Below, one piece after another: positions 24,985 through 40,171 of a stretch of 64,000 nucleotides of DNA. Both the position numbers and the translations under genes were made by a program. The DNA is from Eledone cirrhosa. Lineage: Eukaryota. The notes under the pieces were generated by a model that saw nothing but the letters and a program-made list of their open reading frames with translations, had not been told where the DNA came from and did not search any database. The DNA is taken from assembly GCA_964016885.1 (NCBI GenBank), contig OZ024747.1, positions 29,450,001-29,514,000 of the forward strand, given 5' to 3'. The stretch's first letter is position 1. Every line of letters starts with the position of its first letter.

Positions 24985-27900
24985 AATTGATTATTTTAGG
25001 TTTTTCACAAATTGATCATTTTACACAGTATTTCGAAAAATTGTTTTTTTTCAAAAAAGATTGATTTTTTTTCTTTCGAAATATATATTTTCTGATTTCG
25101 AAAATTGATATATATTTTGTATTTTTCAACGTGTCGAAACACGATGTATAAACGCATGTTTTTGAAAAAAAACATTTTTTCGAAATACTATGTAAAACGA
25201 TCAATTTGTGAAAAGCTAAAAAAATCAATTTTAGAAGTCAGAAGTAAATATTTCGAAAAGTATAAACAAATTGATTATTTTAGGTATTTCACAAATTGAT
25301 CATTTTACACAGTATTTCGAAAAATAGTTTTTTTTCAAAAAGATTGATTTTTTTTCTTTCGAAGTATCTACTTTCTGATTTCGAAAATTATTATATATTT
25401 TGTATTTTTAAAAAATTTTTCAACGTGTCGAAATGTATAAACGCATTTTTTCCAAATACTGTGTAAAATGATCAATTTGTGAAAAACCTAAAAAAATCAA
25501 TTTTAGAAATCAGAAGTAAATATTTCGAAAAGTATAAAAAAATTGATTATTTTAGGTTTTTCACAAATTGATCATTTTACACAGTATTTCGAAAAAGATT
25601 GATTTTTTTTCTTTCGAAATATATACTTTCTGATTTCGAAAATTGATATATATTTTGTATTTTTCAAATATTTTTCAACGTGTCGAAACACAATGTATAA
25701 ACGCATTTTTGTGAAAAAAAACATTTTTTCCAAATACTGTGTAAAATGATGAATTTGTGAAAAACCTAAAAAAATCAATTTTAGAAATCAGAAGTAAATA
25801 TTTCGAAAAGTATAAACAAATTCATTATTTTAGGTTTTTCACAAATTGATCATTTTACACAGTATTTCGAAAAATTGTTTTTATTTAAAAAAGATTGATT
25901 TTTTTCTTTCGAAATATCTACTTTCTGATTTCGAAAATTGGTATATATTTTGTATTTTTCAAATATTTTCAACGTGTTGAAACACAATGTATAAACGCAT
26001 TTTTTTGAAAAAAAAACATTTTTTCAAAATACTGTGTAAATTGATCAATTTGTGAAAAACCTAAAAAAAATCAATTTTAGAAATCAGAAGTAAATATTTC
26101 GAAAAGTATAAACAAATTGATTATTTTAGGTTTTTCACAAATTGATCATTTTACACAGTATTTCGAAAAAGAATGATTTTTTTTCTTTCGAAATATATAC
26201 TTTCTGATTTCGAAAATTGATATATATTTTGTATTTTTCAAAAATTTTTCAACGTGTTGAAACACAATGTATAAACGCATTTTTTTGAAAAAAAACATTT
26301 TTTCCAAATACTGTGTAAAATGATCAATTTGTGAAAAACCTAAAAAAATCTATTTTAAAAATCAGAAGTAAATATTTCGAAAAGTATAAAAAAATTGATT
26401 ATTTTAGGTTTTTCACAAATTGATCATTTTACACAGTATTTCGAAAAATTGTTTTTTTTCAAAAAACATTGATTTTTTTCTTTCGAAATATATACTTTCT
26501 GATTTCGAAAATTGATATATATTTTGTATTTTTCAAAAATTTTTCAACGTATTGAAACACAATGTATAATCGCATTTTTTTGAAAAAAAACATTTTTTCC
26601 AAATACTGTGTAAATTGATCGATTTATGAAAAACCTAAAAAAATCAATTCTAGAAATCAGAAGTAAATATTTCGAAAAGTATAAACAAATTGATTATTTT
26701 AGGTTTTTCACACATTGATCATATTACACAGTATTTCGAAAAATTGTTTTTTTTCAAAAAACATTGATTTTTTTTCTTTCGAAATATATACTTTCTGATT
26801 TCGAAAATTGATATATATTTTGTATTTTTCAAAAACAATGTATAAACGCATTTTTTTGAAAAAAAACATTTTTTCCAAATACTGTGTAAAATGATCAATT
26901 TGTGAAAAACCTAAAAAAATCAATTTTAGAAATCAGAAGTAAATATTTCGAAAAGTATAAAAAAATTGATTATTTTAGGTTTTTCACAAATTGATCATTT
27001 TACACAGTATTTCGAAATATCGTTTTTTTTCAAAAAACATTGATTTTTTTTCTTTCGAAATATATACTTTCTGATTTCGAAAATTGATATATATTTTGTA
27101 TTTTTCAAACACAATGTATAAACGCATTTTTTGGAAAAAAAAAATTTTTTCCAAATACTCTGTAAAATGATCAATTTGTGAAAAACCTAAAAAAATCAAT
27201 TTTAGAAATCAGAAGTAAATATTTCGAAAAGTATAAAAAAATTGATTATTTTAGGTTTTTCACAAATTGTTCATTTTACACAGTATTTCGAAATATCGTT
27301 TTTTTTCAAAAAACATTGATTTTTTTTCTTTCGAAATATATACTTTCTGATTTCGAAAATTGATATATATTTTGTATTTTTCAAACACAATGTATAAACG
27401 CATTTTTTTGAAAAAAAACATTTTTTCCAAATACTCTGTAAAATGATCAATTTGTGAAAAACCTAAAAAAATCAATTTTAGAAGTTAGAAGTAAATATTT
27501 CGAAAAGTATAAAAAAATTGATTATTTTAGGTTTTTCACAAATTGATCATTTTACACAGTATTTCGAAAAATTGTTTTTTTATCAAAAAAGATTGATTTT
27601 TTTTCTTTCGAAATATATACTTTCTGATTTCGAAAATTGATATATATTTTGTATTTTTCAAATATTTTTCAACGTGTCGAAACACAATGTATAAACGCAT
27701 TTTTGTGAAAAAAAACATTTTTTCCAAATACTGTGTAAAATGATGAATTTGTGAAAAACCTAAAAAAATCAATTTTAGAAATCAGATGTAAATATTTCGA
27801 AAAGTATAAACAAATTGATTATTTTAGGGTTTTCACAAATTGATCATTTTACACAGTATTTCGAAAAATTGTTTTTTTTCAAAAAACATTGATTTTTTTT

Positions 27901-29880
27901 CTTTCGAAATATATACTTTCTAATTTCGAAAATTGATATATATTTTGTATTTTTCAAAAATTTTTCAACGTGTTGGAACACAATGTATAAACGTATTTAT
28001 TCCAAATACTGTGTAAAATGATCTATTTGTGAAAAACATAAAAAAATCAATTTTAAAAATCAGAAGTAAATATTTCGAAAAGTATAAAAAAATTGATTAT
28101 TTTAGGTTTTTCACAAATTGATCATTTTACACAGTATTTCGAAAAATAGTTTTTTTATCAAAAAAGATTGATTTTTTTTCTTTCGAAATATATACTTTCT
28201 GATTTCGAAAATTGATATATATTTTGTATTTTTCAAACAAAATGTATAAACGCATTTTTTTGAAAAAAAACATTTTTTCCAAATACTGTGTAAAATGATC
28301 AATTTGTGAAAAACCTAAAAAAATCAATTTTAGAAATCAGAAGTAAATATTTCGAAAAGTATAAAAAAATTGATTATTTTAGGTTTTTCACAAATTGATC
28401 ATTTTACACAGTATTTCGAAATATCGTTTTTTTTCAAAAAACATTGATTATTTTTCTTTCGAAATATATACTTTCTGATTTCGAAAATTGATATATATTT
28501 TGTATTTTTCAAACACAGTGTATAAACGCATTTTTTTGAAAAAAAAACATTTTTTCCAAATACTGTGTAAAATGATCAATTTGTGAAAAACCTAAAAAAA
28601 TCAATTTTAGAAGTTACAAGTAAATATTTCGAAAAGTATAAAAAAATTGATTATTTTAGGTTTTTCACAAATTGATCATTTTACACAGTATTTCGAAAAA
28701 TTGTTTTTTTTCAAAAAAGATTGATTTTTTTTCTTTCGAAATATATATTTTCTGATTTCGAAAATTGATATATATTTTGTATTTTTCAACGTGTCGAAAC
28801 ACGATGTATAAACGCATGTTTTTGAAAAAAAACATTTTTTCGAAATACTATGTAAAACGATCAATTTGTGAAAAGCTAAAAAAATCAATTTTAGAAGTCA
28901 GAAGTAAATATTTCGAAAAGTATAAACAAATTGATTATTTTAGGTATTTCACAAATTGATCATTTTACACAATATTTCGAAAAATAGTTTTTTTTCAAAA
29001 AGATTGATTTTTTTTCTTTCGAAGTATCTACTTTCTGATTTCGAAAATTATTATATATTTTGTATTTTTAAAAAATTTTTCAACGTGTCGAAATGTATAA
29101 ACGCATTTTTTCCAAATACTGTGTAAAATGATCAATTTGTGAAAAACCTAAAAAAATCAATTTTAGAAATCAGAAGTAAATATTTCGAAAAGTATAAAAA
29201 AATTGATTATTTTAGGTTTTTCACAAATTGATCATTTTACACAGTATTTCGAAAAAGATTGATTTTTTTTCTTTCGAAATATATACTTTCTGATTTCGAA
29301 AATTGATATATATTTTGTATTTTTCAAATATTTTTCAACGTGTCGAAACACAATGTATAAACGCATTTTTGTGAAAAAAAACATTTTTTCCAAATACTGT
29401 GTAAAATGATGAATTTGTGAAAAACCTAAAAAAATCAATTTTAGAAATCAGAAGTAAATATTTCGAAAAGTATAAACAAATTCATTATTTTAGGTTTTTC
29501 ACAAATTGATCATTTTACACAGTATTTCGAAAAATTGTTTTTATTTAAAAAAGATTGATTTTTTTCTTTCGAAATATCTACTTTCTGATTTCGAAAATTG
29601 GTATATATTTTGTATTTTTCAAATATTTTCAACGTGTTGAAACACAATGTATAAACGCATTTTTTTGAAAAAAAACATTTTTTCAAAATACTGTGTAAAT
29701 TGATCAATTTGTGAAAAACCTAAAAATAATCAATTTTAGAAATCAGAAGTAAATATTTCGAAAAGTATAAACAAATTGATTATTTTAGGTTTTTCACAAA
29801 TTGATCATTTTACACAGTATTTCGAAAAAGAATGATTTTTTTTCTTTCGAAATATATACTTTCTGATTTCGAAAATTGAT
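24985..29880 (+). repeat. 13-monomer higher-order repeat (3660-bp period), one full and one partial copy; recurs at about 36794-41590
   Basis: Diagnostic monomers repeat at offset 3660 (ORFs 25016/28676 and 25572/29232), 10971 (26708/37679 and 28676/39647) and about 3656 (37121/40776 and 37679/41336). Confidence 0.88.
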
Positions 29881-31519
29881 ATATATTTTGTATTTTTCAA
29901 ACACAATGTATAAACGCATTTTTTGGAAAAAAAAAATTTTTTCCAAATACTCTGTAAAATGATCAATTTGTGAAAAACCTAAAAAAATCAATTTTAGAAA
30001 TCAGAAGTAAATATTTCGAAAAGTATAAAAAAATTGATTATTTTAGGTTTTTCACAAATTGATCATTTTACACAGTATTTCGAAATATCGTTTTTTTTCA
30101 AAAAACATTGATTTTTTTTCTTTCGAAATATATACTTTCTGATTTCGAAAATTGATATATATTTTGTATTTTTCAAACACAATGTATAAACGCATTTTTT
30201 TGAAAAAAAACATTTTTTCCAAATACTCTGTAAAATGATCAATTTGTGAAAAACCTAAAAAAATCAATTTTAGAAGTTAGAAGTAAATATTTCGAAAAGT
30301 ATAAAAAAATTGATTATTTTAGGTTTTTCACAAATTGATCATTTTACACAGTATTTCGAAAAATTGTTTTTTTATCAAAAAAGATTGATTTTTTTTCTTT
30401 CGAAATATATACTTTCTGATTTCGAAAATTGATATATATTTTGTATTTTTCAAATATTTTTCAACGTGTCGAAACACAATGTATAAACGCATTTTTGTGA
30501 AAAAAAACATTTTTTCCAAATACTGTGTAAAATGATGAATTTGTGAAAAACCTAAAAAAATCAATTTTAGAAATCAGATGTAAATATTTCGAAAAGTATA
30601 AACAAATTGATTATTTTAGGGTTTTCACAAATTGATCATTTTACACAGTATTTCGAAAAATTGTTTTTTTTCAAAAAACATTGATTTTTTTTCTTTCGAA
30701 ATATATACTTTCTAATTTCGAAAATTGATATATATTTTGTATTTTTCAAAAATTTTTCAACGTGTTGGAACACAATGTATAAACGTATTTATTCCAAATA
30801 CTGTGTAAAATGATCTATTTGTGAAAAACATAAAAAAATCAATTTTAAAAATCAGAAGTAAATATTTCGAAAAGTATAAAAAAATTGATTATTTTAGGTT
30901 TTTCACAAATTGATCATTTTACACAGTATTTCGAAAAATAGTTTTTTTATCAAAAAAGATTGATTTTTTTTCTTTCGAAATATATACTTTCTGATTTCGA
31001 AAATTGATATATATTTTGTATTTTTCAAACAAAATGTATAAACGCATTTTTTTGAAAAAAAACATTTTTTCCAAATACTGTGTAAAATGATCAATTTGTG
31101 AAAAACCTAAAAAAATCAATTTTAGAAATCAGAAGTAAATATTTCGAAAAGTATAAAAAAATTGATTATTTTAGGTTTTTCACAAATTGATCATTTTACA
31201 CAGTATTTCGAAATATCGTTTTTTTTCAAAAAACATTGATTATTTTTCTTTCGAAATATATACTTTCTGATTTCGAAAATTGATATATATTTTGTATTTT
31301 TCAAACAAAGTGTATAAACGCATTTTTTTGAAAAAAAAACATTTTTTCCAAATACTGTGTAAAATGATCAATTTGTGAAAAACCTAAAAAAATCAATTTT
31401 AGAAGTTACAAGTAAATATTTCGAAAAGTATAAAAAAATTGATTATTTTAGGTTTTTCACAAATTGATCATTTTACACAGTATTTCGAAAAATTGTTTTT
31501 TCATGAAAAAAGATTGATT

Positions 31520-34500
31520 TTTTTTCGTTCGAAATATATACTTTCTGATTTCGAAAATTGATATATATTTTGTATTTTTAAAAAGTTTTTCAACGTGTCG
31601 AAACATAATGTATAAACGCATTTTTTCCAAATACTGTGTAAAATGATCTATTTGTGAAAAAGCTAAAAAAATCAATTTTAGAAATTGGAAGTAAATATTT
31701 CGAAAAGTATAAAAAAATTGATTATTCTAGGTTTTTCACAAATTGATCATTTTAAACAGTATTTCGAAAAATTATTTTTTTTCCAAAAACATTGATTTTT
31801 TTCTTTCGAAATATATATTTTCTGATTTCGAAAATTGATATATATTTTGTATTTTTCAAACACAAAGTATAAACGCATTTTTTTGAAAATATACATTTTT
31901 TCCAAATACAGTGTAAAATGATCAATTTGTGAAAAACCTAAAAAAATCAATTTTAGAAGTTAGAAGTAAATATTTCGAAAATTGATTATTTTAGGTTTTT
32001 CACAAATTGATCATTTTACACAGTATTTCGAAAAATTGTTTTTTTATCAAAAAACATTGATTTTTTTTCTTTCGAAATATATACTTTCTGATTTCGAAAA
32101 TTGATATATATTTTGTATTTTTCAAATATTTTTCAACGTGTCGAAACACAATGTATAAACGCATTTTTTTGAAAAAAAACATTTTTTCCAAATACACAAT
32201 TTGTGAAAAACCTAAAAAAATCAATTTTAGAAGTTAGAAGTAAATATTTCGAAAAGTATAAAAAAATTGATTATTTTAGGTTTTTCATAAATTGATCATT
32301 TTACACAGTATTTCGAAAAATTGTTTTTTTATCAAAAAAGATTGATTTTTTTTCTTTCGAAATATATACTTTCTGATTTCGAAAATTGATATATATTTTG
32401 TATTTTTCAAACACAATGTATAAACGCATTTTTTTGAAAAAAAACATTTTTTCCAAATACTGTGTAAAATGATCAATTTGTGAAAAACCTAAAAAAATCA
32501 ATTTTAGAAATCAGAAGTAAATATTTCGAAAAGTATAAAAAAATTGATTATTTTAGGTTTTTCACAAATTGATCATTTTACACAGTATTTCGAATAATTG
32601 TTTTTTTATCTTTTACACAGTATTTCGAAAAATTGTTTTTTTTCAAAAAACATTGATTTTTTTTCTTTCGAAATATATACTTTCTGATTTCGAAAATTGA
32701 TATATATTTTGTATTTTTAAAAAGTTTTTCAACGTGTCGAAACATAATGTATAAACGCATTTTTTCCAAATACTGTGTAAAATGATCTATTTGTGAAAAA
32801 GCTAAAAAAATCAATTTTAGATATCGGAAGTAAATATTTCGAAAAGTATAAAAAAATTGATTATTTTAGGTTTTTCACAAATTGATCATTTTACACAGTA
32901 TTTCAAAAAATTGTTTTTTTTCAAAAAGATTGATTTTTTTTCTTTCGAAGTATCTACTTTCTGATTTCGAAAATTATTATATATTTTGTATTTTTAAAAA
33001 ATTTTTCAACGTGTCGAAATGTATAAACGCATTTTTTCCAAATACTGTGTAAAATGATCAATTTGTGAAAAACCTAAAAAAATCAATTTTAGAAATCAGA
33101 AGTAAATATTTCGAAAAGTATAAAAAAATTGATTATTTTAGGTTTTACACAAATTGATCATTTTACACAGTATTTCGAAAAATTGTTTTTATTTAAAAAA
33201 GATTGATTTTTTTCTTTCGAAATATCTACTTTCTGATTTCGAAAATTGGTATATATTTTGTATTTTTCAAATATTTTCAACGTGTTGAAACACAATGTAT
33301 AAACGCATTTTTTTGAAAAAAAAACATTTTTTCAAAATACTGTGTAAATTGATCAATTTGTGAAAAACCTAAAAAAAATCAATTTTAGAAATCAGAAGTA
33401 AATATTTCGAAAAGTATAAACAAATTGATTATTTTAGGTTTTTCACAAATTGATCATTTTACACAGTATTTCGAAAAAGAATGATTTTTTTTCTTTCGAA
33501 ATATATACTTTCTGATTTCGAAAATTGATATATATTTTGTATTTTTCAAAAATTTTTCAACGTGTTGAAACACAATGTATAAACGCATTTTTTTGAAAAA
33601 AAACATTTTTTCCAAATACTGTGTAAAATGATCAATTTGTGAAAAACCTAAAAAAATCAATTTTAGAAGTTAGAAGTAAATATTTCGCAAAGTATAAAAA
33701 AATTGATTATTTTAGGTTTTTCACAAATTGATCATTTTACACAGTATTTCGAAAAATTGTTTTTTTTCAAAAAACATTGATTTTTTTTCTTTCGAAATAT
33801 ATACTTTCTGATTTCGAAAATTGATATATATTTTGTATTTTTCAAAAACAATGTATAAACGCATTTTTTTGAAAAAAAACATTTTTTCCAAATACTGTGT
33901 AAAATGATCAATTTGTGAAAAACCTAAAAAAATCAATTTTAGAAATCAGAAGTAAATATTTCGAAAAGTATAAAAAAATTGATTATTTTAGGTTTTTCAC
34001 AAATTGATCATTTTACACAGTATTTCGAAATATCGTTTTTTTTCAAAAAACATTGATTTTTTTTCTTTCGAAATATATACTTTCTGATTTCGAAAATTGA
34101 TATATATTTTGTATTTTTCAAACACAATGTATAAACGCATTTTTTTGAAAAAAAACATTTTTTCCAAATACTCTGTAAAATGATCAATTTGTGAAAAACC
34201 TAAAAAAATCAATTTTAGAAGTTAGAAGTAAATATTTCGAAAAGTATAAAAAAATTGATTATTTTAGGTTTTTCACAAATTGATCATTTTACACAGTATT
34301 TCGAAAAATTGTTTTTTTATCAAAAAAGATTGATTTTTTTTCTTTCGAAATATATACTTTCTGATTTCGAAAATTGATATATATTTTGTATTTTTCAAAT
34401 ATTTTTCAACGTGTCGAAACACAATGTATAAACGCATTTTTGTGAAAAAAAACATTTTTTCCAAATACTGTGTAAAATGATGAATTTGTGAAAAACCTAA

Positions 34501-37320
34501 AAAAATCAATTTTAGAAATCAGATGTAAATATTTCGAAAAGTATAAACAAATTGATTATTTTAGGGTTTTCACAAATTGATCATTTTACACAGTATTTCG
34601 AAAAATTGTTTTTTTTCAAAAAACATTGATTTTTTTTCTTTCGAAATATATACTTTCTAATTTCGAAAATTGATATATATTTTGTATTTTTCAAAAATTT
34701 TTCAACGTGTTGGAACACAATGTATAAACGTATTTATTCCAAATACTGTGTAAAATGATCTATTTGTGAAAAACATAAAAAAATCAATTTTAAAAATCAG
34801 AAGTAAATATTTCGAAAAGTATAAAAAAATTGATTATTTTAGGTTTTTCACAAATTGATCATTTTACACAGTATTTCGAAAAATAGTTTTTTTATCAAAA
34901 AAGATTGATTTTTTTTCTTTCGAAATATATACTTTCTGATTTCGAAAATTGATATATATTTTGTATTTTTCAAACAAAATGTATAAACGCATTTTTTTGA
35001 AAAAAAACATTTTTTCCAAATACTGTGTAAAATGATCAATTTGTGAAAAACCTAAAAAAATCAATTTTAGAAATCAGAAGTAAATATTTCGAAAAGTATA
35101 AAAAAATTGATTATTTTAGGTTTTTCACAAATTGATCATTTTACACAGTATTTCGAAATATCGTTTTTTTTCAAAAAACATTGATTATTTTTCGTTCGAA
35201 ATATATACTTTCTGATTTCGAAAATTGATATATATTTTGTATTTTTAAAAAGTTTTTCAACGTGTCGAAACATAATGTATAAACGCATTTTTTCCAAATA
35301 CTGTGTAAAATGATCTATTTGTGAAAAAGCTAAAAAAATCAATTTTAGAAATTGGAAGTAAATATTTCGAAAAGTATAAAAAAATTGATTATTCTAGGTT
35401 TTTCACAAATTGATCATTTTAAACAGTATTTCGAAAAATTATTTTTTTTCCAAAAACATTGATTTTTTTCTTTCGAAATATATATTTTCTGATTTCGAAA
35501 ATTGATATATATTTTGTATTTTTCAAACACAAAGTATAAACGCATTTTTTTGAAAATATACATTTTTTCCAAATACAGTGTAAAATGATCAATTTGTGAA
35601 AAACCTAAAAAAATCAATTTTAGAAGTTAGAAGTAAATATTTCGAAAATTGATTATTTTAGGTTTTTCACAAATTGATCATTTTACACAGTATTTCGAAA
35701 AATTGTTTTTTTATCAAAAAACATTGATTTTTTTTCTTTCGAAATATATACTTTCTGATTTCGAAAATTGATATATATTTTGTATTTTTCAAATATTTTT
35801 CAACGTGTCGAAACACAATGTATAAACGCATTTTTTTGAAAAAAAACATTTTTTCCAAATACACAATTTGTGAAAAACCTAAAAAAATCAATTTTAGAAG
35901 TTAGAAGTAAATATTTCGAAAAGTATAAAAAAATTGATTATTTTAGGTTTTTCATAAATTGATCATTTTACACAGTATTTCGAAAAATTGTTTTTTTATC
36001 AAAAAAGATTGATTTTTTTTCTTTCGAAATATATACTTTCTGATTTCGAAAATTGATATATATTTTGTATTTTTCAAACACAATGTATAAACGCATTTTT
36101 TTGAAAAAAAACATTTTTTCCAAATACTGTGTAAAATGATCAATTTGTGAAAAACCTAAAAAAATCAATTTTAGAAATCAGAAGTAAATATTTCGAAAAG
36201 TATAAAAAAATTGATTATTTTAGGTTTTTCACAAATTGATCATTTTACACAGTATTTCGAATAATTGTTTTTTTATCTTTTACACAGTATTTCGAAAAAT
36301 TGTTTTTTTTCAAAAAACATTGATTTTTTTTCTTTCGAAATATATACTTTCTGATTTCGAAAATTGATATATATTTTGTATTTTTAAAAAGTTTTTCAAC
36401 GTGTCGAAACATAATGTATAAACGCATTTTTTCCAAATACTGTGTAAAATGATCTATTTGTGAAAAAGCTAAAAAAATCAATTTTAGATATCGGAAGTAA
36501 ATATTTCGAAAAGTATAAAAAAATTGATTATTTTAGGTTTTTCACAAATTGATCATTTTACACAGTATTTCAAAAAATTGTTTTTTTTCAAAAAGATTGA
36601 TTTTTTTTCTTTCGAAGTATCTACTTTCTGATTTCAAAAATTATTATATATTTTGTATTTTTAAAAAATTTTTCAACGTGTCGAAATGTATAAACGCATT
36701 TTTTCCAAATACTGTGTAAAATGATCAATTTGTGAAAAACCTAAAAAAATCAATTTTAGAAATCAGAAGTAAATATTTCGAAAAGTATAAAAAAATTGAT
36801 TATTTTAGGTTTTACACAAATTGATCATTTTACACAGTATTTCGAAAAATTGTTTTTATTTAAAAAAGATTGATTTTTTTCTTTCGAAATATCTACTTTC
36901 TGATTTCGAAAATTGGTATATATTTTGTATTTTTCAAATATTTTCAACGTGTTGAAACACAATGTATAAACGCATTTTTTTGAAAAAAAAACATTTTTTC
37001 AAAATACTGTGTAAATTGATCAATTTGTGAAAAACCTAAAAAAAATCAATTTTAGAAATCAGAAGTAAATATTTCGAAAAGTATAAACAAATTGATTATT
37101 TTAGGTTTTTCACAAATTGATCATTTTACACAGTATTTCGAAAAAGAATGATTTTTTTTCTTTCGAAATATATACTTTCTGATTTCGAAAATTGATATAT
37201 ATTTTGTATTTTTCAAAAATTTTTCAACGTGTTGAAACACAATGTATAAACGCATTTTTTTGAAAAAAAACATTTTTTCCAAATACTGTGTAAAATGATC
37301 AATTTGTGAAAAACCTAAAA
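31520..37320 (+). repeat. Second 13-monomer periodicity (3667 bp) with a different monomer set
   Basis: Identical ORFs at offset 3667: 31747/35414, 32000/35667, 32578/36245 and 33454/37121. Confidence 0.88.
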
Positions 37321-40171
37321 AAATCAATTTTAAAAATCAGAAGTAAATATTTCGAAAAGTATAAAAAAATTGATTATTTTAGGTTTTTCACAAATTGATC
37401 ATTTTACACAGTATTTCGAAAAATTGTTTTTTTTCAAAAAACATTGATTTTTTTCTTTCGAAATATATACTTTCTGATTTCGAAAATTGATATATATTTT
37501 GTATTTTTCAAAAATTTTTCAACGTATTGAAACACAATGTATAATCGCATTTTTTTGAAAAAAAACATTTTTTCCAAATACTGTGTAAATTGATCGATTT
37601 ATGAAAAACCTAAAAAAATCAATTCTAGAAATCAGAAATATTTCGAAAAGTATAAACAAATTGATTATTTTAGGTTTTTCACACATTGATCATATTACAC
37701 AGTATTTCGAAAAATTGTTTTTTTTCAAAAAACATTGATTTTTTTTCTTTCGAAATATATACTTTCTGATTTCGAAAATTGATATATATTTTGTATTTTT
37801 CAAACACAATGTATAAACGCATTTTTTTGAAAAAAAACATTTTTTCCAAATACTGTGTAAAATGATCAATTTGTGAAAAACCTAAAAAAATCAATTTTAG
37901 AAATCAGAAGTAAATATTTCGAAAAGTATAAAAAAATTGATTATTTTAGGTTTTTCACAAATTGATCATTTTACACAGTATTTCGAAATATCGTTTTTTT
38001 TCAAAAAACATTGATTTTTTTTCTTTCGAAATATATACTTTCTGATTTCGAAAATTGATATATATTTTGTATTTTTCAAACACAATGTATAAACGCATTT
38101 TTTGGAAAAAAAAAATTTTTTCCAAATACTCTGTAAAATGATCAATTTGTGAAAAACCTAAAAAAATCAATTTTAGAAATCAGAAGTAAATATTTCGAAA
38201 AGTATAAAAAAATTGATTATTTTAGGTTTTTCATAAATTGATCATTTTACACAGTATTTCGAAATATCGTTTTTTTTCAAAAAACATTGATTTTTTTTCT
38301 TTCGAAATATATACTTTCTGATTTCGAAAATTGATATATATTTTGTATTTTTCAAACACAATGTATAAACGCATTTTTTTGAAAAAAAACATTTTTTCCA
38401 AATACTCTGTAAAATGATCAATTTGTGAAAAACCTAAAAAAATCAATTTTAGAAGTTAGAAGTAAATATTTCGAAAAGTATAAAAAAATTGATTATTTTA
38501 GGTTTTTCACAAATTGATCATTTTACACAGTATTTCGAAAAATTGTTTTTTTATCAAAAAAGATTGATTTTTTTTCTTTCGAAATATATACTTTCTGATT
38601 TCGAAAATTGATATATATTTTGTATTTTTCAAATATTTTTCAACGTGTCGAAACACAATGTATAAACGCATTTTTGTGAAAAAAAACATTTTTTCCAAAT
38701 ACTGTGTAAAATGATGAATTTGTGAAAAACCTAAAAAAATCAATTTTAGAAATCAGATGTAAATATTTCGAAAAGTATAAACAAATTGATTATTTTAGGG
38801 TTTTCACAAATTGATCATTTTACACAGTATTTCGAAAAATTGTTTTTTTTCAAAAAACATTGATTTTTTTTCTTTCGAAATATATACTTTCTAATTTCGA
38901 AAATTGATATATATTTTGTATTTTTCAAAAATTTTTCAACGTGTTGGAACACAATGTATAAACGTATTTATTCCAAATACTGTGTAAAATGATCTATTTG
39001 TGAAAAACATAAAAAAATCAATTTTAAAAATCAGAAGTAAATATTTCGAAAAGTATAAAAAAATTGATTATTTTAGGTTTTTCACAAATTGATCATTTTA
39101 CACAGTATTTCGAAAAATAGTTTTTTTATCAAAAAAGATTGATTTTTTTTCTTTCGAAATATATACTTTCTGATTTCGAAAATTGATATATATTTTGTAT
39201 TTTTCAAACAAAATGTATAAACGCATTTTTTTGAAAAAAAACATTTTTTCCAAATACTGTGTAAAATGATCAATTTGTGAAAAACCTAAAAAAATCAATT
39301 TTAGAAATCAGAAGTAAATATTTCGAAAAGTATAAAAAAATTGATTATTTTAGGTTTTTCACAAATTGATCATTTTACACAGTATTTCGAAATATCGTTT
39401 TTTTTCAAAAAACATTGATTATTTTTCTTTCGAAATATATACTTTCTGATTTCGAAAATTGATATATATTTTGTATTTTTCAAACACAGTGTATAAACGC
39501 ATTTTTTTGAAAAAAAAACATTTTTTCCAAATACTGTGTAAAATGATCAATTTGTGAAAAACCTAAAAAAATCAATTTTAGAAGTTACAAGTAAATATTT
39601 CGAAAAGTATAAAAAAATTGATTATTTTAGGTTTTTCACAAATTGATCATTTTACACAGTATTTCGAAAAATTGTTTTTTTTCAAAAAAGATTGATTTTT
39701 TTTCTTTCGAAATATATATTTTCTGATTTCGAAAATTGATATATATTTTGTATTTTTCAACGTGTCGAAACACGATGTATAAACGCATGTTTTTGAAAAA
39801 AAACATTTTTTCGAAATACTATGTAAAACGATCAATTTGTGAAAAGCTAAAAAAATCAATTTTAGAAGTCAGAAGTAAATATTTCGAAAAGTATAAACAA
39901 ATTGATTATTTTAGGTATTTCACAAATTGATCATTTTACACAGTATTTCGAAAAATAGTTTTTTTTCAAAAAGATTGATTTTTTTTCTTTCGAAGTATCT
40001 ACTTTCTGATTTCGAAAATTATTATATATTTTGTATTTTTAAAAAATTTTTCAACGTGTCGAAATGTATAAACGCATTTTTTCCAAATACTGTGTAAAAT
40101 GATCAATTTGTGAAAAACCTAAAAAAATCAATTTTAGAAATCAGAAGTAAATATTTCGAAAAGTATAAAAA

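Noticed and set aside
27824-27829. TTAGGG in one monomer type, and TTAGG/CCTAA in every arm, as evidence that the satellite derives from telomeric repeats
   Set aside because: These are isolated 5-6-bp matches with no tandem context, easily due to chance. The TTAGGG is a single substitution in one monomer lineage.
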